From positions 1 to 59,447 of the forward strand of contig JAJUJA010000005.1 of the NCBI GenBank assembly GCA_029267355.1: a stretch of DNA of 59,447 bases, given 5' to 3'. Positions within the stretch are counted from its first letter, which is position 1. Each line of letters begins with the position of its first letter. The notes beneath the pieces are model-generated. The model saw nothing but the letters and a program-made list of their open reading frames with translations. It was not told where the DNA came from and did no database searches. Shown here one piece after another: positions 56,051 to 59,447 of this stretch. Made by a program: the position numbers and the translations under genes. Source of the DNA: Elusimicrobiota bacterium (GTDB taxonomy: Bacteria > Elusimicrobiota > Elusimicrobia > Elusimicrobiales > UBA9959).

Positions 56051-56051
56051 A

Positions 56052-57500
56052 TTAAATAAGGCCGACTTCCCTGTTGAACGCCTCTATATCCTTGTCAAGC
56101 TTATCTGCCTGAGAAAACATTTCATCCCAGAATTCCGGCTCCCATAGTTTTCTGAGCTCATCGGAATTCCTGCCCTGCTGCTCAATCCATGTAAAGTATT
56201 TCAAATTATGCACGGCCTTTCTGTCATAATAGCCAAGCTCTTTGGTATAGTCCGTTTTCAAGCCGAGCAGATATCTTTCAAAATCAACAAGCGCTTTTTC
56301 CCTGGAATACCTGCCCAATTGTTCATCCAGCTCCTTTAAGCGCGAACCGTAAAGTTCCATAGAGTCGGTAAAAACCGTGAACACTATGTCGTTTTCATTC
56401 AGTTCATAGAACCTGGCCGTCTTTATGGCTGAAAGCATATTTGAAACGCCGGATATTCCCAAAAGATTAAGCTTTTCTATCACCTCTTTTTTTATTCCGT
56501 ATTCGGCCAATACCTTATGCCCTTCTTTTTCATTGAAAAGGCGTATAATTCTCATGCAGTTTTCATCGTCTATAGCCGTAACCAGATCGGTATTTCTGAC
56601 ATTATGAACCCATGGTATATGCTTGTCGCCTATGCCCTCTATCCTGTGCTCGCCGAAGCCGTTGAGAAGTATGGTGGGACATTGAAGGGCCTCGGAAGCG
56701 GTTATTTTCATCTGAGGAAATTTCTTCTTAAGATAATCCCCGGCAGCTATGGTGCCGGCAGAGCCCGTGGCTGAAACAAAGGCCGCCAATCTGGATTTTT
56801 TGTTCTTTATCTTATTGAAAACTTCCTCGGCGGCGGGGCCGGTGACATTGTAATGCCACATAGGATTGCCGAATTCTTCAAACTGATTGAATATAACGAC
56901 ATCTTTTCTGGTTTTTCTCAACTCCCAGCACTTGTCATATATCTCCTTGACATTGGATTCGGTACCGGGGGTAGCGATTATCTCTGACCCCACTGTTTTA
57001 AGCCATTCAAATCTTTCCCGGCTCATTCCTTCAGGCAGTATGGCTATTGAATGACATCCCAGAAGAGCGCTGTCAAAAGCGCCGCCTCTGCAGTAATTGC
57101 CTGTTGAGGGCCATACGGCTTTCTGGGTTTCCGGGTCAAACTCGCCGGTAACAAGTCTCGGCGCCAGGCAGCCGAAAGCCGCGCCGACTTTATGCGCGCC
57201 TGTGGGGAAAAATTTGCCCACCAGGCCGACTATTCTTGCTTTCACGCCTGTTATTTCCCTGGGGATTTCAAGGAAATTCACTTCGCCGTAAAGACCGTCC
57301 CCTTTATTTTCAACCGGATTATTCTTCCATGTTATTCTGAATAAATTCACCGGCTCCACATCCCATAGCCCTGTTTTTTTAAGCTTTGACTTTATTTTGG
57401 CAGGGACGTTCTGCGGTTCTCTCATTTGCTTAAAAGTTGGTATTACTATATTTCTCTCGCGGCAAATCCTGGCTGTTTTTTTCATTACTTTTTCATTCAT
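56052..57500 (-). CDS. PLP-dependent enzyme, fold type II (cysteine synthase/PALP family)
   Basis: PTGAHKVGA (PLP Lys), PSTGNY, ATGSAGT, HRIEGIG. Substrate unknown. Confidence 0.85.
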   Translation of the reverse strand: MNEKVMKKTARICRERNIVIPTFKQMREPQNVPAKIKSKLKKTGLWDVEPVNLFRITWKNNPVENKGDGLYGEVNFLEIPREITGVKARIVGLVGKFFPTGAHKVGAAFGCLAPRLVTGEFDPETQKAVWPSTGNYCRGGAFDSALLGCHSIAILPEGMSRERFEWLKTVGSEIIATPGTESNVKEIYDKCWELRKTRKDVVIFNQFEEFGNPMWHYNVTGPAAEEVFNKIKNKKSRLAAFVSATGSAGTIAAGDYLKKKFPQMKITASEALQCPTILLNGFGEHRIEGIGDKHIPWVHNVRNTDLVTAIDDENCMRIIRLFNEKEGHKVLAEYGIKKEVIEKLNLLGISGVSNMLSAIKTARFYELNENDIVFTVFTDSMELYGSRLKELDEQLGRYSREKALVDFERYLLGLKTDYTKELGYYDRKAVHNLKYFTWIEQQGRNSDELRKLWEPEFWDEMFSQADKLDKDIEAFNREVGLI

Positions 57501-57562
57501 TGATCCTCCAAAATCGGGCTTTTTATATTATAGCAATATCTTAAGCGCTCGTTATTGGACGC

Positions 57563-57594
57563 AAAATAAAAGCCCCCCGCGCGGGGCAGGGGGC
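57563..57594 (-). terminator. Rho-independent terminator
   Basis: GCCCCCUGC/GCGGGGGGC 9-bp stem, 5-nt loop, then UUUUAUUUU, 22 nt after the stop at 57617. Confidence 0.85.
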
Positions 57595-57616
57595 AGTGTA
57601 AAATAGGCGGAAACGC

Positions 57617-58525
57617 TTACTTCGTCTGTATTACAGGGGTCTCGCCTTTGTCCATATACTTGTCTGTGGAGATTTTTCCAAGTCTCTTGAATCCCCATTT
57701 CAAATACATGCCCTTGGTGTCAAAAAGTCTCTCATTTTTGTAGGCATCGTCATTGGCCTGAGGCTTTATCAAGTCATTCTCGCCGAATACCATTTCATAA
57801 GAATCGGCAACATCAAAAACGAACTCTTTTTCGCCTTTTGAAGAATCAAACCAGTTGGAAACTGATTTCTTGAGCTCTATTTTGATGGAGACCTTTTCTC
57901 CGGCATATTCCTTGGCCCATTTGTCATTCACCTTAAAGGTGTATTTCTTGGTTTCCTTATCATATGAAAAAGAGCCGATTTCCAGACCGGCAAGGTCGGG
58001 ATTCATAGGCACTTTATACTGAGGAGTAAGTTCAAACAAGGGGTCATAGCTGCCGACCTTTCTGATGGAATACTTGTAGGCAGCTTCATATTTGTAAATG
58101 TCCATCCACGGGCCCTCAAGGCAGACTTCAAAAGTTTCTCTTTCCCACGGGAAAAGCTTTCTGGCTTTTATATTTATCTGAGCCTGCTGATTCCAGCTCA
58201 TGCCGGGCCTCTCATAGCAGTGCTGCTGCGGAATTTGCTGGCCGTTTGGACCTGCGACATAATATGTATGGCATTCCTGCACATATTCCTGGCTTCTAAG
58301 CCATACTTTTTCAGACATCAGATCATTATCTGAAGGGCCGAAAGTAAATCTGGCGCAATCTCTGGTGTATCTGCCGAAACGGCCAGGGACCGGATTAGGC
58401 AGGTAGTAGTCATTATGAGGAGCGTTTATGATCTGGGCGGTATTAACGCTTTGATCAAAATTGACCTGCGCATAAACAGCCGCTGTCAAAGAAAGCACAA
58501 AAGACAATGCTAACAATTTCTTCAT
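57617..58525 (-). CDS. Secreted hypothetical protein
   Basis: SD GGAGG, signal peptide MKKLLALSFVLSLTAAVYA, four Cys, own terminator. Confidence 0.8.
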   Translation of the reverse strand: MKKLLALSFVLSLTAAVYAQVNFDQSVNTAQIINAPHNDYYLPNPVPGRFGRYTRDCARFTFGPSDNDLMSEKVWLRSQEYVQECHTYYVAGPNGQQIPQQHCYERPGMSWNQQAQINIKARKLFPWERETFEVCLEGPWMDIYKYEAAYKYSIRKVGSYDPLFELTPQYKVPMNPDLAGLEIGSFSYDKETKKYTFKVNDKWAKEYAGEKVSIKIELKKSVSNWFDSSKGEKEFVFDVADSYEMVFGENDLIKPQANDDAYKNERLFDTKGMYLKWGFKRLGKISTDKYMDKGETPVIQTK

Positions 58526-58593
58526 TATTTTTCCCTCCATAGAATAGGAATGAGTATATTTTACAAACAACATAAACCTTTGTAAATCGGTTT

Positions 58594-59447
58594 TTAGTCC
58601 CTTTTCGATATAGGTCTAAGGGGCAAGGCGGCAGCGGCGGCTTTCAAAAGCTCATTGGCATGGTTTAAGGCCGTCTCAGGCGAAAAACGCGAGCCGAGCA
58701 TTCTGGCTATTTCGGTTTTTCTTTCATCGGCGGATAAAACATGGAAATTTATGGAAGTTTTTCCGGCCGATGTTTTTTTCTCGGCTTTTATGTGACAATC
58801 CGCAAAAGCCGCCGCCTGAGGTGAATGAGTAATGAAAATCACCTTATTATCGCGGGAAATTTTCCTGAGTTTTTCGCCTATCAGAAAAGCGGTATTTCCG
58901 CCGACTCCGGCGTCAATCTCGTCAAAAACGGAAAAAAGGTAATTATTTTTCTGGGAAAAAGAAGCCTTTAAAGCCAGAGCCAAACGCGACAATTCACCGC
59001 CTGAAGCGCAAAATCTCAGGGGCCTGGCGGGGCTGCCTGCATTGGCAGAAAAAAGAAATTCCGCCCTGTCAAAACCTTTCGCAGATTCATACTGGGCGTT
59101 ATGCTCTATTTCAGCAAAAAAAGAGGCTTTATCAAGCCCGAGATCCTTAAGCTGCTCCGCGACAGCTCTGGTCAAATTATCAGCAGACTTCTTCCTCTTT
59201 GAGCTTAAAGCGGAAGCTTTCTTCTCCAGTTTTTTTTCCGCCTCTGCCAGATTCTTTTCAAGCTCGCTCAAATTAAACTCGTTTTCAGAAAGATTTTTTA
59301 ATTTTTCCCTTAGTTCCTGCGCCTTCTCTATCAGGCCTTCAAGTTCGCACTGATATTTTTTCTTAAGCCTCTTTATCTTTTCGTCTCTTTCTATAAGCCT
59401 GTCTATATCACTTTGAGTCAGGTCATTTTCTCCAAGCAAGCAGGATA
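58594..59447 (-). CDS. recN: DNA repair protein RecN, C-terminal part (5' end outside the window)
   Basis: Coiled coil, EFLFSAN.G, ASGGELSR..LALK, FDEIDAGVGG, ITHSPQ, EIARML. Confidence 0.93.
   Translation of the reverse strand, partial: SCLLGENDLTQSDIDRLIERDEKIKRLKKKYQCELEGLIEKAQELREKLKNLSENEFNLSELEKNLAEAEKKLEKKASALSSKRKKSADNLTRAVAEQLKDLGLDKASFFAEIEHNAQYESAKGFDRAEFLFSANAGSPARPLRFCASGGELSRLALALKASFSQKNNYLFSVFDEIDAGVGGNTAFLIGEKLRKISRDNKVIFITHSPQAAAFADCHIKAEKKTSAGKTSINFHVLSADERKTEIARMLGSRFSPETALNHANELLKAAAAALPLRPISKRD

Overview
Mostly core chromosome of a diderm bacterium. Gene content and style (PorV/PorQ-family protein, many secreted proteins, cytoplasmic PAS/GAF kinases, long-type Cas12b) suggest Elusimicrobiota; this is inference, not a database result. 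Bases 1-6.7 kb hold an AT-rich, apparently intact type V-B CRISPR-Cas locus on the minus strand: cas12b (1358 aa, RuvC D744/E1084/D1243), a cas4-cas1 fusion, cas2, a tracrRNA readable directly from the sequence (own promoter, two hairpins, bipartite anti-repeat, U-tract), a leader, and an array truncated by the window edge. The rest holds typA, an S8 protease plus PorV-like pair, dapB-dapL, purM with a purN-purH fusion, an RND pump, glgA-galT-scpBA-trpS, tRNA-Arg(GCG), pruA, recG, a dense two-component cluster, a tRNA nucleotidyltransferase and partial recN. The most notable oddities are: (1) a TetR repressor fused in frame, through an internal signal peptide, to the TolC channel of the operon it appears to control, with a perfect promoter and palindromic operator; (2) a very compact Cas12b tracrRNA with a loop-presented anti-repeat; (3) an unannotated structured element with four C-tracts (a G-quadruplex motif on the other strand) after recG; (4) an apparently split histidine kinase (sensor+DHp without ATPase, and a sensorless kinase core); (5) pervasive leaderless gene starts. 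All calls were made by eye; no searches were run.
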